A stretch of 64,000 nucleotides of DNA from Lingula anatina (GCA_051362555.1 CM120640.1:52058788-52122787); one strand, 5' to 3'; shown: positions 13,801 to 28,830, counted from the first letter of the stretch. The notes: generated by a model not told the origin, from the letters alone. Numbers and translations: made by a program.

Positions 13801-16800
13801 AAAGGCTATATCTGATCTCCTTTAGAAAATGTAAGGGTGCCATAATATAACTTCTGTTCAATGTCACTCATGGTAAAACAGCAGTCTTCATGGTTGAGAC
13901 TTCGCAATGCTTTTTTCAGCTTTGACCTCAGATCTGAAGAGTCATTGTAGCAATTGTAAGTGCATTAGCACACACATTCACTTACACACTCAAAGTAAGT
14001 GCACTCTATGTGCAGAAACATTGTTTTTGGTTGAATAATTTTAACAACCTCGTCTGAACAGACAAGTCAAAGTTAGTTCTGCGCTGCTTGGCTTAACTGC
14101 ATTTTTGATGAGCTGCTCGAGCAACATTAAGTATTATTTATTGGTGGCCTCCTGTGTAGTCTGATGTCAAGAGCTGCTGGGTTATGTGAAGTTTGTGTCC
14201 TTCCCAGTGGTGTGTGAGACCTTTACTGGAGAGGTGCAAACACTGGAGCTGTAAAGGGCAAACCCTCATTATCAAGAGGAAGAACTTGTCACCTGTGACG
14301 TAAGGGCGTATCAGACATATATCCCGGTGTGAAGGCAAGTAGAATAGCTGCTTTAAACTAAGAGATCTTGACTTTTTGTTATTTGTTAACATTCCATGCT
14401 TGTATAATATGCCTTTTTTGTAGTATGTAGCTGACACATTCATGATAGTGTGGATGTTATTTTCATCTTTTTTCTAATGCCAGATACATGTGAACTCCTT
14501 CAGTAGGACCTTCCTAGAATCCCGATAATTGATTATCAGTGGAAAAATAGGTCATTGGAGTGGAATTTGTCCTATAAATGTCCCAATATAGAAGTTAGAA
14601 TATGTACTGTTTGTGTTAATTCAGTAGTTCAGACATGTTTTTAAGGATAAACCAGTTGTACGAAGTGGATTGTAAATACAGTAGTGACGTGTTATATTCG
14701 GTATAGTGTGTAGAAGTACACAGCAGGTGAGTGGGTCAGAATTCCTTGCAGGTAGGTCTAACAGCTTACAGGTATTCCTGTTTTTTCGTGTGTATGTCTC
14801 TTGAGTTTAAGTAAAATATGTGACATATAGTAGTTGGTTATGGGCATTGTTTAGGAAGTACAAAAAAGAAAGAAAAACAGACAGATGAAAATATATAACT
14901 TGGTTGGTGATCACCTGGTTTTCATTAATATCAGTAAATAAGTCACTGTAATTTTGTATCAAAAGTGAGGAAGGTGGTGTTCAAGCTTGTCCTCCCTTGT
15001 CTTTGGTACTTAAAATAATAAATGTCAGTTGATGCCAAGGGGCATTGTTGGCAACAGTGCCTGCTGTGTAGAACATGGCCTATCCTGACCTTAGAGCTGG
15101 TGATACAAGGTTTGGCCTTACTTTTGCTGAAGTATGTACATCAGGTCAACGGCCACTGCCACTCTACTCACTACTGCCTGGACAGGGTCAAAAGGTTCTT
15201 ATACCTCTCAGTGCCGGATGATGGATGATTTGGGAAACTTAAGAAAGAATTTCTGATTGAACCTCTGCCTTGTGAGATTTAACTGTAATTACGTGAGGTC
15301 ATTTTGTGATTGTATTAAATGAAACATCGTGCAAATGTTACTTTCTATTACATTTTTTTATTTTCATGTTCATTTTTGTCTCAATTTTTCATCTGCTATA
15401 CATATTGGTCTATTCTGGCCTCTTTGATGGATGGATGTCTCCCTCTTCTGATTTTTTTGTGGATTTGGAGAGTTGGGTGAAAAGTCACCAACTTAACAAC
15501 TTGAATTTGTAGATGCTTTTACATGAAAAAGGAAATACTTAACATTGATAATGAATGAAAATATTTGAATTCTTTAAGACCTAATAATAAATTACTCAAA
15601 TAGCACAGGCCCAGCAGTGTCATCTGCTCTGTTTCAATATAAATTCTGCCCTCACAACAGAATCATTTCAATTAATTGATTAAGGACCAGCAAAATGTGG
15701 GAGGGCATAATATTTTATGATGGTGTATTATTTTTATGTGAAAGTAAGGATAAATGAGCTTGAAATTTCGTTGAATATTTTAAGGTCATATGTTTTTATT
15801 GATGAAGGTATGCCTTTTAGTGTTATCAGTAAGAAATGAGATAGCTGGTGAGAGGAGGGTTATATATTGGTGTCACCCTGTGCACAGGGCAGATTTCGCA
15901 GGCATGAAATGAATATATACAAATAGAAGAATCCACCCCGAGAAATTGAAAAAAAAAAAACTAATTTTATTTTTATATTTTAAGTGCTTAATGAAATGTT
16001 TAAAGTTTCTGTTAGGATGAAAGGTTGTCAAAATTTTGTTTCAGTGAATTTGAATTTTTTTAAATTTTGTTTTAGGAACAGTAACTAGTTTTAGGTGATC
16101 CACTTTGTACTTTTTTTACACATTTACCATTCACATGTATTTTGATAAGAACTGTTCTGTTTATCAATGTTCTTGTATTTGAAATGGATAAAGGACACAT
16201 TTCTTTCATCCCCAAGTTGAACTTTACTTCCAGATCCATTATCAAATTGAAACATTCTATGTGTAACCAAAAACAAAAACAAAATATCACTTGTACTGTT
16301 CTACCCTCCCTAAGGTTTATTTTTACTTCTGTTCCTATCTTTCACTGTTCAAGATAGTTAAGATGAGGCACAGCTCCTCCATTCCTTTTTTGAGTCATGG
16401 GGAAGTAAATTAATGTAATGGTTAAAAGACATTTGGAACAGACCTACTGTGCAATGACCTTAGGACAAAATCCACTATGGTGGAAAAAACACAGCAACAG
16501 CTTAAAGCATGTCTGTAAATTTGATTCCAATTCCATATAAAACATCTGATTGGAGTTGTTTCGGAACAGAAGACAAAGAATAAATAGAGCATTTGATTCA
16601 TTATTTTCCAGTATATAGTATACAAATGAAAACAGAATGGAAACTCAGATATACAATTACATTACACAAAGTGTAAATTCTGAAATCAATGTGTGTCAGA
16701 AATGCATGGTAAAACTATGGATCAAAGCAAACATAAATTGTATGTCTTTGATGAATGATTTGCCCACATGTCTTTTGGTATAATAATTTTAAAAAAATAG

Positions 16801-19800
16801 AATCAAAAACAGGACTATATAGAGAAATGGCAAACACTCACAAAGTCTCTCAATACTGAAATCATATTTCTATAAAGTCTTGGTGAGCATAGCAGCCAAG
16901 TTGCCTTTTACCCAGATCTTGTAAGCTCTAATTATAAACTTTCTATAAAAAGAAGGTTGTAGTACAGAAGTTGTTGATGCTTACAAAGTGATGTTGATTG
17001 GCAGTGTACTTTAATCTAGGAGTGGAGTTCCACGATATTAGTTTCTTGCCTGAAATAAGTAAATAATCACAGTAGGGTATTTCTAAGAAAATATTCTTTC
17101 CTGCATGTCATTGAAAGCTGCCATAATTCTGGAAATTGCTTTTAAGAAAGCTTTTCATAATCTTCTTAAAAAAGTACATTGTACATTTTATTAAACTGAT
17201 TATTTTCTTCTTCTCATGTACTTTAAGTTGTTCTATCATTTGTGTTTAGTAATTTCATTAATATTTTCGCGGAAATTGAAGTATGCAACTCAGGAATGTT
17301 CTTTCTCTCTCTCTCTACTAAGAATCCAAGTGTTTTCAGATAAAACCCGTCCCTATGGGACTGACAGCACAAGCATGATGTTTTAAAAACATGCAGCAAA
17401 GAAAATATATTTTCTATGCATGAGAAGTCTGACAGAAGCTTGATGTCTTCCAGATACTAAAGTTGTAAAAGTTAACATAGCATGCTGAAGGGTCTCCAAG
17501 AGCAAAGGCTAGATAGTGGATGCATGTGTATGTGTGCATGTGTGCGTCATTGCAAACCTTTTTTCATTGCACAATTGCTTGCTATTAATCATACAAGGTA
17601 ACCCAATAATGCTACTTTATATTTAGTGCTTTGCAGCTGTTCGGCTAAAGAGTGGAGTTCTGAATGTTAGGATTAAGCAGTATTGAGTTTTACCATATGA
17701 AAGGTTACAGTACTATTATAACAAAAAATAGCAAATTTTAATTTTCCCATTGTCAAAAATTGTACATAAATACATTGTACTATAGAATTAGGTTACTAGT
17801 ACCTGAACCCTCATGCGTTCTGAAAAATTGAAAGTCACTTGCTTTTTCATGTACAGGGAATCTTTTTTTCTGTGGTGTACATTTGATTAGGCCAAAATAT
17901 TTCAATTTCAGAAGTACCTGACAATAAATGCAAGTTGTACACTTAGAGGAAGGAATGGTATTCAAACCAAAAGAAGCCTGTAATGATAAGAATTTGATTG
18001 TAATATATGCTTGCCTTATACTGAAATTTCAAGTAAATTAGAAGATGTGTCCATTTGACAATCACAAGTGCCTCAAGATACCCATTTTAGTTGCAGCAGT
18101 ACTGTAACATACTTATTATTATTATAAATACGGTTCCCTTATTTGTTCAAGATCTGTCCATACTTTATAAGGAGAGTGACAGTCTGTTAATACCTAGAGA
18201 ACAACCCTGAGATAACTCTCCAGGTATGCCTCATTTAACATACCTGATGAGATGTGTATGTGGTGAAGTTAAATGTTCTGTGTCGGGTGGTGGCTCCTAT
18301 CTTAGCTCTGTAGATAGGGACGTCTGCTTGATTTCTATTTTTAACCCTCTCTGGATTTACATTTTACATCAATGATTATCAAATTATGCATTGTCTCTTT
18401 GTCTAGAAAACTGTATTAGAGAAGTAGAGAATGAATTAGTGACTTCCACTTTTATTTACCTTATAGGTTAGGGGCTCCAGAAATAACAAGAACTTTTTTC
18501 TGAGAAACGAAGCTTTCAGACAACTGTCAGTGCTATTGGACTTGGTGAATACCACCTGCTCTCCTTGAAAAAATTATAGTAAGTAATCGCCTCAAATGAT
18601 TGAATGATTATGATATTTTACTGCCTATGAAGTGAAACCCTTATTTCTTCTCAAGGTACACCCTCTCTTTGTTTGGCTCAGGCTGGCAGACAAATCACAT
18701 TTAATTTGAGTGGAGTGAAGCAAGTAAGCAGTGCCATTTCAGTTCACTAACTTTCAAAATTAAAGTGAATGTCTAGAACAGGTGTGCACTTGCTGAACAT
18801 TCTATGTACTGCAGAGAAGGAGCAGACTGGGTCACATAGTATATTTAGATATAGGCAGGCATGATGGCAATATGTATTGAACAGGGTTCAGTCTCCCTTG
18901 CGCCTGTGCTGTGGCTGTTTCTTTATTTATTACCTTATATTGGTATTATGTAACCTGACAAGGCTCAATATTCACATGTTATTGAGTATGTCTTTTTGGA
19001 GCTGAGAGTTGTGCTAGTTGAACAATATACCCCAACTAAAGCATTGCTTGTTATGGATCTCATCTGCAGCATTTACCCATTATTTTATTCATGGCCACCA
19101 GAGGGAGGCAGCACAGCTGTTGTACAGTGAATGAAATGTCTGCTGTTTGTAAACATGTGAATCATGCTTGTTTCATGTAAAGAATCACCAAGTGCAAGCA
19201 AAGAGGGGATATCCTAGTCTTGTAGCAAAGGTCAAAGAGTGAACAATTCTGCTCTACCTGGCATCTTGCATTACGATGATGCTGTGGACACTGAAATATA
19301 AAATTCAAAGCCCAGGAAGAGCTGCTTCTGTGATAATGAAATATATCAGCCTGCTGATATTATATTTAACTGATCATGTCCTTGGTAACAATTTGCAAGA
19401 AGTGTTTTTGTCTTTGAAGTATGGTTCCAGTAAGGCTGCACATCCAGTCTCTCACTGTTAACCATTATCCATGTGAAAAGTATATGTTTAATCTCATGAG
19501 CTTCAAATGTATCTGTCTGAATTTTCAATGATTGATAACATTCCTTTTTTGCTTTGATATTAGTTTCTTGACACAAGGCCATTGCTGTCTTATGAAATGA
19601 AATTATAAAGTGGGAAGATGAAAATCTGGTTGAAATGAAGAAGCAAATGCCAAGAAATAAAATTTCAGATTATAGGAGAATTTTCATACACATGCAGTGA
19701 ACTGGAACAGTTGTATTAAAACTTAATAGCAGTGAAAATTTAAAGAACATCTGGGACATGCCAAACATGATTTTCTCTTGATATGTCTGTAGTTAGATTT

Positions 19801-22800
19801 TTCATTGTGTTATTGATTCATTTTCCTATAATTTCTTCAGATATGATTTATTTATTCCTTGATCATGCCACCAGGAAGAAACACATATTTGTGTTTGTCG
19901 TCATAAAGTCAATAGAATCATGAAGTCATATTTCTCTCAGCTTGATATGATTCATTGCCAGTGTTAACACAAGTATTGACCACTTGCATACTTAATGATC
20001 CATAATAAGAGTTGCTGGGACAATATGGGTAGAATTAGGCCCATCCTAAATATAATCTTCTGTTATTTCAGTAGAACTCCAATATCCTCTTTCTTAGCCC
20101 ACATAAACTGTTTTGATCACAATTTCAAGTCTCGTATTGAGAGCAGTATTGGCCATGAATACTGTAGATGTGTTATTTCAGTAGTTTTAGAGCAGTACCC
20201 CCCAAGTAAAAGGAATGAAATATATAAGAGTTTAAACCTTTGAAGCATAGTAAAAAGCAAACAAACATTTCACCCCTCTGAAAAGGCTGCAGTTCTATGA
20301 ACCCAGCACTTGTGCTAGCTTTTGTGCCCAAAGCCTTCACACACCTTAGTCCCCTGTTGCTGGGGCATGCACACAAAGAATGGGTATTGTGAGGAGGAGA
20401 AAGTAGTCATTACAAGCTAGGGGAATGGTTTGAAAGGCAGGTGCTTGAAGCTAGCCATGTGAAAACAGCATAAACAGAGAGGTAGAACAGGAGTTCTGTG
20501 TCACAAGCATACACCTTCCCACCCTTTGTGTAGTGTGGGCCCTTTCTGATCAGCATGGATGAATCACTGGGGATATTTGATATTCTAGGCAGGCAGGGGA
20601 GTGCTGCCACCGAAAAATTTTGTATTGATAAAATCTTGTTGTATTGGTCTCAGCATTGGGTTGGCGACAGTAGTGGAGACGATATAATAGTTTCAGTGGG
20701 TGCGGGGACTCTGAGCTTATTGTGAAAAGTTTCCCTGATCTCCTGGTTTTGTTATGACTGATCAAATTCCGGATTGGAAATGGCAAAAGAAAAAAAAGGA
20801 ATATAACATATGAGGTCCCAAAATAATATTCAGAAATGGTTGAATATTTGCCGTGCATGCTGATATCTACACGGGCTGATTTCTCTAGAGCTTCAACATT
20901 TGTTAAGACAAGGCTATTTGAACATCATGCTTGGCTTCTATGAATAATAGGAAGATAGATGGTTTTAATCTGACTGAAAATCTCTCCCACAATACGTCTT
21001 ATTCAGTCAACACAGAAATGTCATTATGAGTAGCTTCCCTTCCGGCAAAGAATCAATGCACAGGGAAAACTACTGCAGCTTAGCTATGTGAAGTAGATTT
21101 GTTTAACGGTGTGATGTATGGATGCGATTATGGCCACAAACTAGAATCAGAATAGCCATCAAATGGAGATGCTATTTGCACAAGGCTTGAGTATATCACT
21201 TCCATAGGCAAGGTGTGCTTTGTTAGACTTGCATTCATTTGAGGCATTGAATCCCACAGCTGGGGGTAATTGAACAGAGGTGTAGACCCTGTGTCCAATG
21301 AGAAATAAAATAATCAAACACTGGTGACCAAAATTAAATCGGATGCCAATACCTGGCACATCTTATGATGAAAAGCTTACTTAAACTATTCCACATAGTA
21401 AGCTGGGATGAATGTTGTGAAGCACTTGTGGTGCCAGATATGCTCCATGTGAAATGGGGAAAAATTACTTAACACCATGCATTACATATTGTATGGACAT
21501 TTTAGTTTACTCTTGTGATCAAGGATAAATACTTAATAAAGTTTTTGTCAAAAGCGCAGCTTAATGTGACCACTGTCTCTATAAATTTGGTATGCCAGAA
21601 TGTCAGAAAGGTTCACCTGCTTAGGGGTGTTTTACTTTAGTGTTCAGATAGAGAAAACAGCTTTTAAAAATTTAGAGAACTTTTGAATTTGAAAGAGATT
21701 TAAACAGCAACAATTTCTGTAGAAATTACTTTTAAAAAGTCCTTTGAAGCATGCTGCTTTCACATGCAACACCATGGGTTCTGCAAATAATTCCCAAAAG
21801 CATGCTGTGCAAAACTGAGAAAAATCCCAACTGTACACTTGTGAAAATGAATTTGAAGGTTCCACCCTTGTTTTCCTCATGCAATGTTGGTTGCCTGCAG
21901 CATATGTGGATAGTGAAGCGTGACATGTGGTAAAAGAAAACCTTGTCTCAGGTGACCATCTGAGCAGACGGAGCTGTCACACCATTGCCATGTTCTCCCC
22001 TGCAGTGGAGGTACAAATGAGATAAGCCTTGCATATTTCAAATATGGGACAGCCTAGACTCCCTTTACCTGCCATATAATTTTTTTTTTTTGTTTAGTGC
22101 TATACTATTTATGTTTGTCTTACTTGATTTATTACTTTATGTTTAGCGACCGGTTGTATTGAATAGTAGATATACTGTATATTTTATAGATACAATTGGA
22201 CATAATGATCATTGCATTGTCTCATTGAATCAAAGCTTAAAGCAAAGCAGGTGAAGTGAAAATCTTTATGTACAACTACTAGTATTGTATCAAAATGTTG
22301 GTGTTTACTATTTATGATTACCTTTTCTTAAATATGTGTACCTTTGCATTGCCTAGGATTATGAATGTTTTTTTTTTTTCTTTTTTTTTTTTTTTTTAAT
22401 GTTGCTCTGGATAGTAAATAATGTGCTGGAAGTTGACATTTTTTGTTTATTTACCTAGGACAAGCTTTGTTCTGCAGTATTTTTTTTTTTTTTTTACATT
22501 TTCTTGGAAAGCAGTTCTACAAAATTTGTGGCATGGAAAAGTGCCAAATTATTTCTTCGGTTCTTTTTCTACAAAGAGTGGCCATTCATGCAACAGATGT
22601 AAATAACAGCAGGGTATGCAATGGATATCTTATTCATGTTTGATATAAGTATAAGTTCAGAATGACAATAACATTTTGAAAGATGTGGAAAACAATCTCA
22701 CAAATTATTTTTTTTTTCTTTTTCATTCAAGATCAAGAGCCATAAAACTGATTACATGATGCAGAAATGGATACCATGCATTATAATTACCTGAGCATAT

Positions 22801-23224
22801 GGGAAATACACTGTGGTTAAGATAATAACTGTAAAATTTGTATACCTCAATTATCCATTGATAATTACGTTTCACTTAATTTACATGGGCCATGCTGCTT
22901 TTGTGCCACGTGTCTGTCATAGTTTACAGCTTAAAACTGGCTTCCAACCAACAGTGGCATCACTAGTCTGGGCTCTAACATGCCTAGTCAGGAGAGCTTT
23001 TTTTATAAACTTTGCTATTTGTTGCTGTTTGTGCTTCACAACACACTGACAACCCAGTGACAGCACCATCGGTATCTTTTCATTATTCCCTTCTCACCTC
23101 CTGACCTGCACAGATTTGTTGCCTCTTATAAATAGAAGTTTATTCAATCTGTCAAAAAACTGAGACATGAAGCCTACAAAAGTCATACCTTGATGTGAAT
23201 ATCAGGGTGGAGAACCAGATGCTG

Positions 23225-23532
23225 TTCCACAGGTCACTAAACCAAGCACCCCCTTGAACAGATGACCTAGCTCAGAACCCTCATCACACAGGTCACTCAG
23301 CCAAATACCCCCTTGGACAGATATGTGAACTTAAAACTCCATTACACAGGTCACTCAGTCAAATACCACCTTGAACAGATAACCAAGCTCGAAACCCCAT
23401 TGCACAGGTCACTCAGCCAAGCACTCCCTTGAACAAGGTTGAACAAGCTCAGAGCCCCATTGCATAGGCTATATAGTACCAAGAGCCACCTTGAACAGAC
23501 AGGCAAGCTCAGATCCCCACTGTGCAGGTCAA
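23225..23532. repeat. Degenerate minisatellite, about 5 copies of a 58-60 bp unit (ACAGGTCACTCAGCCAA...CCTTGAACAGA...AAGCTCAG..CCCCAT)
   Basis: AGG(T/C) anchors at 23231, 23290, 23348, 23406, 23466 and 23526 (spacing 59/58/58/60/60). Confidence 0.85.
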
Positions 23533-25249
23533 TAAAGGCCCAGAAGGATAAAACAAATGTGCTTCATTATACTCTTTCACGTGCATTATTTAATGTAGGG
23601 ACTCTTGCATTCAATTTTTATGACAAGTATCAAATATATATATATATATTTGCTTTCATATGTATATTGTAAATATAGCAGAAATGTAAACTATGTTGTC
23701 ATAAGAAATGCCACTTGTCAAACTGAAATTTTGATAGGAGGTAAATAGTTGGCAGAAACCCACAGCCCAATGATGATGCTGGCAGTGATTTGTAGGCTGC
23801 TCTGTAACATCTGAAAGCAGTACTTGACATGTCCCAGGGCAAGAATTTCATAGGTTTACATTAACTTCTACCTTTACTTTTACAACCATTCTGTGACCTC
23901 AAATGACTTGTGAAGTATAAGAGTTTGTACCTTGTATTTTGTGGTATTATTAGGCTTGCTCAAAGCTTTTATAGGCAGAAAATTTATATGTAGTAGTTTT
24001 GTTTGGGACAGACAGTGTAACCACTTTAATTGCGATGAGAAGAAAAGATAGTGATTGAGGTATTGATGTGTGTATAAATCAAACACCATTTTGATCTGAG
24101 TATCATAGAGCTTCACATATGGGACATATTCTACCATGGGATATAAAAATTGCATTAATATGGTGCTTTTTGGAATTAATTACCGTCCTCCTAACCTTCT
24201 TCCTATTCATATAAGACTTTCAAAATGAGTATAAACAAAAATAATGATTTTTTTTAAACTGGTTTCTCATCAGCCTACTGATATTGAAGCATTAAAAAAG
24301 ATTGGTTTATGAATAACAGGAGTAAATGTTATTTTTATAGAATACCTTGCAGTCTGTTAGAGAAAAGACAGTTATGTTATTAAATATTATATCTTTACAA
24401 TATGGCTATTATCTAAAGAAATTCAAATTATGTAAATTAATGGTCAGGTAAGGCATTAGATGCGGATATTGACCCTTGAATTTATTAACCCACAAATATT
24501 AATCAATACACGATATGATTAGAAGTGGTAGAATACAACACGGAATTCCCAAGATGATCGTTTGCTGTGCTGTGTACGAGCACCAGTGGGGATTGTTGGC
24601 TTAATGCTTTTCCCCTTTTTTTGCTCTGCTCTCAAACAAGTATTCATTTTTTTCAGCAGCCATTTTTATTCACACTTACAGGAGGCTTAATGAGTTTTTT
24701 ATGATGGATGTATCTGTGGCTGTTCATCTCTTTACCTATATGATCAGGTTTTTGCATGACCGTTGTACAACAAGCTCACGAGTGTGATGATGTGTAACTA
24801 AAATCACAGTGCACATAAAAACTTTATGTTCTGCAATATGTATGCTATCAAGTTGTAACTATCACCAAGATAAACATTAAAACTGTGTTTTAAAAAGGGT
24901 TTGCTTGAGGTTAAGGTGGGAGGTCAGGGTGTTGGTGAAATTTTGCTCGCATGGTGTGCATGCTAGAGGGCACAAGATGACTGATAAGGTGCTTCTCAAT
25001 AGCAAAACTCGCTCAAAAGAGTTGCATCATGATTTGTCGAGCTAGGGTGAAATAACACCTTCAGCAGGCAAAGAGAAGAAAAATTTGTGTGCAATTTGAA
25101 CCATTTCTTTACATACTTGTCAAACTCTCTGAATTGACTTGAAAATGTTTAGCATGCGATTTTCTAATTTGTCCCAGAGCCAGACCTCAAAGTTGATGTA
25201 TATACCGTGTTGGCCCTTAACAAAGCTAGCTTAATTCATACAACACTGA

Positions 25250-25557
25250 AGTCGTGATTGGTCAAGCAGATATGTTCTACAAAGGCCTTACATTCAAGGA
25301 TTTCAGACCTCACCTTTTGAGAGTCGAGTTAAATTTAGTGGAAATCACTATTGAACCACACTAGTCGGCTGCTTAGATTAGCCAGCCCTTGCATATCAAT
25401 AAGGAAAGCAGGGATCTGACGTCAGTCACGTGACTAGGTCACTCAGTGCAGTCTCAGTACACTTGCCTCAGTGTGTAAACTCAAAGCGGACCTGAATGTA
25501 GATCTGACAAGACGTGTAGAGGCGACTGACCATTAGAGGCCAATATGTTAGGTAAAG
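25250..25557 (+). promoter_or_regulatory. Putative internal/alternative promoter and short non-coding exon of the nuclear receptor gene
   Basis: ATTGG (reverse CCAAT) 25257-25261, perfect CRE TGACGTCA 25417-25424, palindromic AGTCACGTGACT 25424-25435, AGGTCA-ctc-AGTGCA 25436-25450, donor-like TAG|GTAAAG at about 25552, local CpG rise. Confidence 0.6.
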
Positions 25558-28500
25558 TCACTGTTTTCTACTTTCTTTTTGTAGTATTAGTGACAGTTCA
25601 CTTCTCTGCAGTATCAGTGGTAGCATGACAGGTACAAACAACTTTGTCAACTTGCTGATTTTTTTTACAAGCAATTGCTAGTTGGCTGTCTGTTGTGGCA
25701 CATTAACTTGATGTATTGTTATGCTCCATAGAACATTGGTTGTTGGAAGATGATTGCATTGGTGAAATCAGAAAATTGATTCCCCAATTCGTGTTGATCA
25801 ACACTTGAGGAGTGTGTTCACACTCTTGAAGCGTAGCAGAGCCTACTGGCACTTAAGAAAATATATGCACCTGGGTGTGAAAATATTTTTTGGAATGGGG
25901 CTCAGCATGGTATAGGTGAAAGACTCATAATGTATCTCTCATAAAAAACTTGTTTACTTCGAATGTTTTAGAAGCATGAGTTTTGAATGAAATTTTGTGA
26001 TTTAGAAGCAGTTTGTCTTATCAAGTGCACCTTTATCTCTGCATTAGCTGATTTAGATAAAAGTGATCAAATCATCATTAGTATTGAATGTTTTATTTGC
26101 AAGAGGTCCTATTGGGAAACTGGAAAATATATCTTTATCTAGCTGACAAAAAGTTTGATAAATAAAAAGGAAAGAATTTATAGGTGGAAAGACTGAATGC
26201 TCCATTGGTAATAAAACTAAAAAGAAAAGTTGAGGTACATGTTTTGGCAACAGTGCTGAGAAAGGAATTCCTTTTTTCCTTGGGAATTAGTTAAAGAATA
26301 AGACTTAATACTGATCTTTTTAGGCATCATGTCAGACATGCAGTGATTATATATTTGACAGTAATATTTACACAGGTGACAGTGTCCTGGAAAAGCTTAA
26401 AAGTTAATGCGAATTTCATCTTTTTACAAATACTTGCACCATGCCTAATAATACATCCCATATGATGAGCTGTTATTCAGATATGTGGCATGAACATGGT
26501 GAATTATGGGGGGACTATGGCTACGTGTTGGCAACCCTGTATAAAACCCCATATATTACCGGGTGCTTTCAACAGAATAGGTAAATTACAGACAGGGGAT
26601 GAATTATGTGAATTTGTTTAACAGTTTAGTACCACGGATTGCTGTCCAAGTGATTGCATTAGCATCTATTAATGCTAATAGGTCTACAAATGAGGGCAGT
26701 ATGAATAGAGGAGAGAAAGTAGGCGCCAGGTTGTCACAATGTTGATGTTCTTCAAACCTGCAAAAACGATCAAAAGCCTGATTTAGAGAGTCTAGAAGTC
26801 TGGGGGCATACAAATCCATCTTGAGATTAAGTATGGATCTTTTCTAGGAAATGGCCATTTGTATTAGCCAAAATGATTTTGGTGGAAAGTATAATAGCCA
26901 TGTTTTCCATTAAGCAGGCAGAATGTGTGGAATAGACCATTAAAGGTGTAGTTAAAACCCACAGGTATACTGCTGCGAAGAGTGTTCTAATTTATTGTGC
27001 TAGTAGCCATAAAACACTGAACAAAGATAGTCATAGGTTCTCGGTAATACAGATGTTGTGACATTTCAAACAGTGTTTACACAGAAACTGATGTCAGATT
27101 GAAAATAAATATTAGACCTACACTGGCAACATTAGCAAAATACCAAGTCTGCATTTTCAATATCAAAAGTATAGGAATGCCTGGGTTCTCAGTAGTCAAG
27201 TCTTGCTTCCCCAATGGTCTAGCTGGGATGGTGAAATAAACTATCATGTTGGGTTTTGTTGTGGCAGTTATCTAAGCTACACTGTCAACAATTAGCACTG
27301 ATTTGCACACTGCCATGTTGTAGTAACATGAAGCTTGTGATCTGCTAAAGGTCAGACACCAGTGGTTTCATGGTGTGTGCTGATAGTCAGACCAATTTGT
27401 TCACCGCAGTAATGCATTTCTGATGGCCTCAGTCATAAAAAAGACAAAACAGCATGATACCAAAATGCTTCTAAACATCATGCAAGTATTTTAGTTTAAT
27501 ATTTTAAAATAAGGTGTAACACATTAATGTGTTTGTTACCTAGTTAAGCCTCTTTACAATACATAAAATGTTTTTGGCATCTTTTTTATTTGATTGTTAA
27601 ATTATTTATTTTTGTTGTAGTAAGTTTTTGAATATTAATGATTCAATTTTTGTACAAGCCTAACCTCCGTCATTTGTTACAAGATAAAAACATTGATTGA
27701 AGTTTTTTGTGCTCTTGTGTGCAATACTTGTAGAAAATACAATGTAATAACTTTAATGGCATAATTTATCATATACATTTGCCATCAATGACTTGAAAAG
27801 GTTAATGTATTCTGTTGTGCCAAGGTTGGACTTACAATTCAATCTCATCGTCTAGCACTGGCCATTATTATACATTTGATAATTGAAAATGTACAAGCAA
27901 TGAATACAATCAAAATTACTAGAAATTCATGGTTAATAGTTCACAATAAATTTTAAATGACCAATTTGTTATTCAAAAGGTACGTTAGCTTTTTTCTTAA
28001 TGTAAGTCCAATAGAAATTAAATCATTTAAAAGGTTTTGGTAATTTTTTATGCATAACAGACATTTTATTTTGATGAAAGAAATTGTGAACAATATGCCC
28101 CATTTATTATTTTTTGTTTGTTTGTTTGTTATCTTTTTAAACTTTTTTTCTTGAAGTTGGATGAAGTAAAGTTAATATGAATTATTACAGTCACTCAGCA
28201 GGATTTATTTCCCCCCACTTTGGATTTGCACAAATTCATTTTACATGTTTTTCAGACTGGGACATTTTCCTGTTTTATTTTATGATATATCAATATTTAA
28301 AGTTAAATTAAACAAATTTAAAAGGCAAATCAACCATAAATTAAAAAAAAAAAAAAACATTCAAAAAAAAAAAAAAAAAAAGAATGCTGTCTCTGTTTAG
28401 GAAACCAATTCCTTATATTTATGTTTGCTGCAACTAAATTTCAACTGTATTAGATGTTAATGATCAGCTAATATTCATTTTTTGTCACAGGATGTTTGAG

Positions 28501-28815
28501 GCATCTTCTATAACCAATATTTAACAAGAATTTCTTGCTTTATATTATTCTAAAAGTACCTCTCAAAATAGTTTTATTTAATGTTGAATCAATTTTTTGT
28601 TTAGTTTTTTTTTTTTAATTGAAGGACTGAATTATATTTCAGTAGCTTATTTCTTGTATTACACCCTCAGTTCAGTGGAAACACAGAGATGCAGGATATA
28701 ATTGGAATGATCAAAGACATGTGCTTTGTTATCTTACCAACTAAAGACCCTAATGTTTGGGTAATTGGGCCCTATCCTATTTTGTTGTTGGAGTGCCCAG
28801 CAAATTAAGAACACG

Positions 28816-28830
28816 GGGTCACTGAGTGCA
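28816..28830 (+). promoter_or_regulatory. DR3-type nuclear receptor response element GGGTCA-ctg-AGTGCA
   Basis: Same format as the elements at 25436, 36281, 36303 and 41389. Confidence 0.5.

Noticed and set aside
18785-19196. Near-DR3 matches TGTTCA-gca-AGTGCA (- strand, 18785) and GAATCA-cca-AGTGCA (about 19182)
   Set aside because: First half-site and spacer depart from the consensus; expected by chance.
23225-23672. CRISPR-like array or coding repeat (ORF 23439-23672)
   Set aside because: Units are similar along their whole length with no unique spacers; eukaryotic context; unit lengths of 58-60 do not keep frame.
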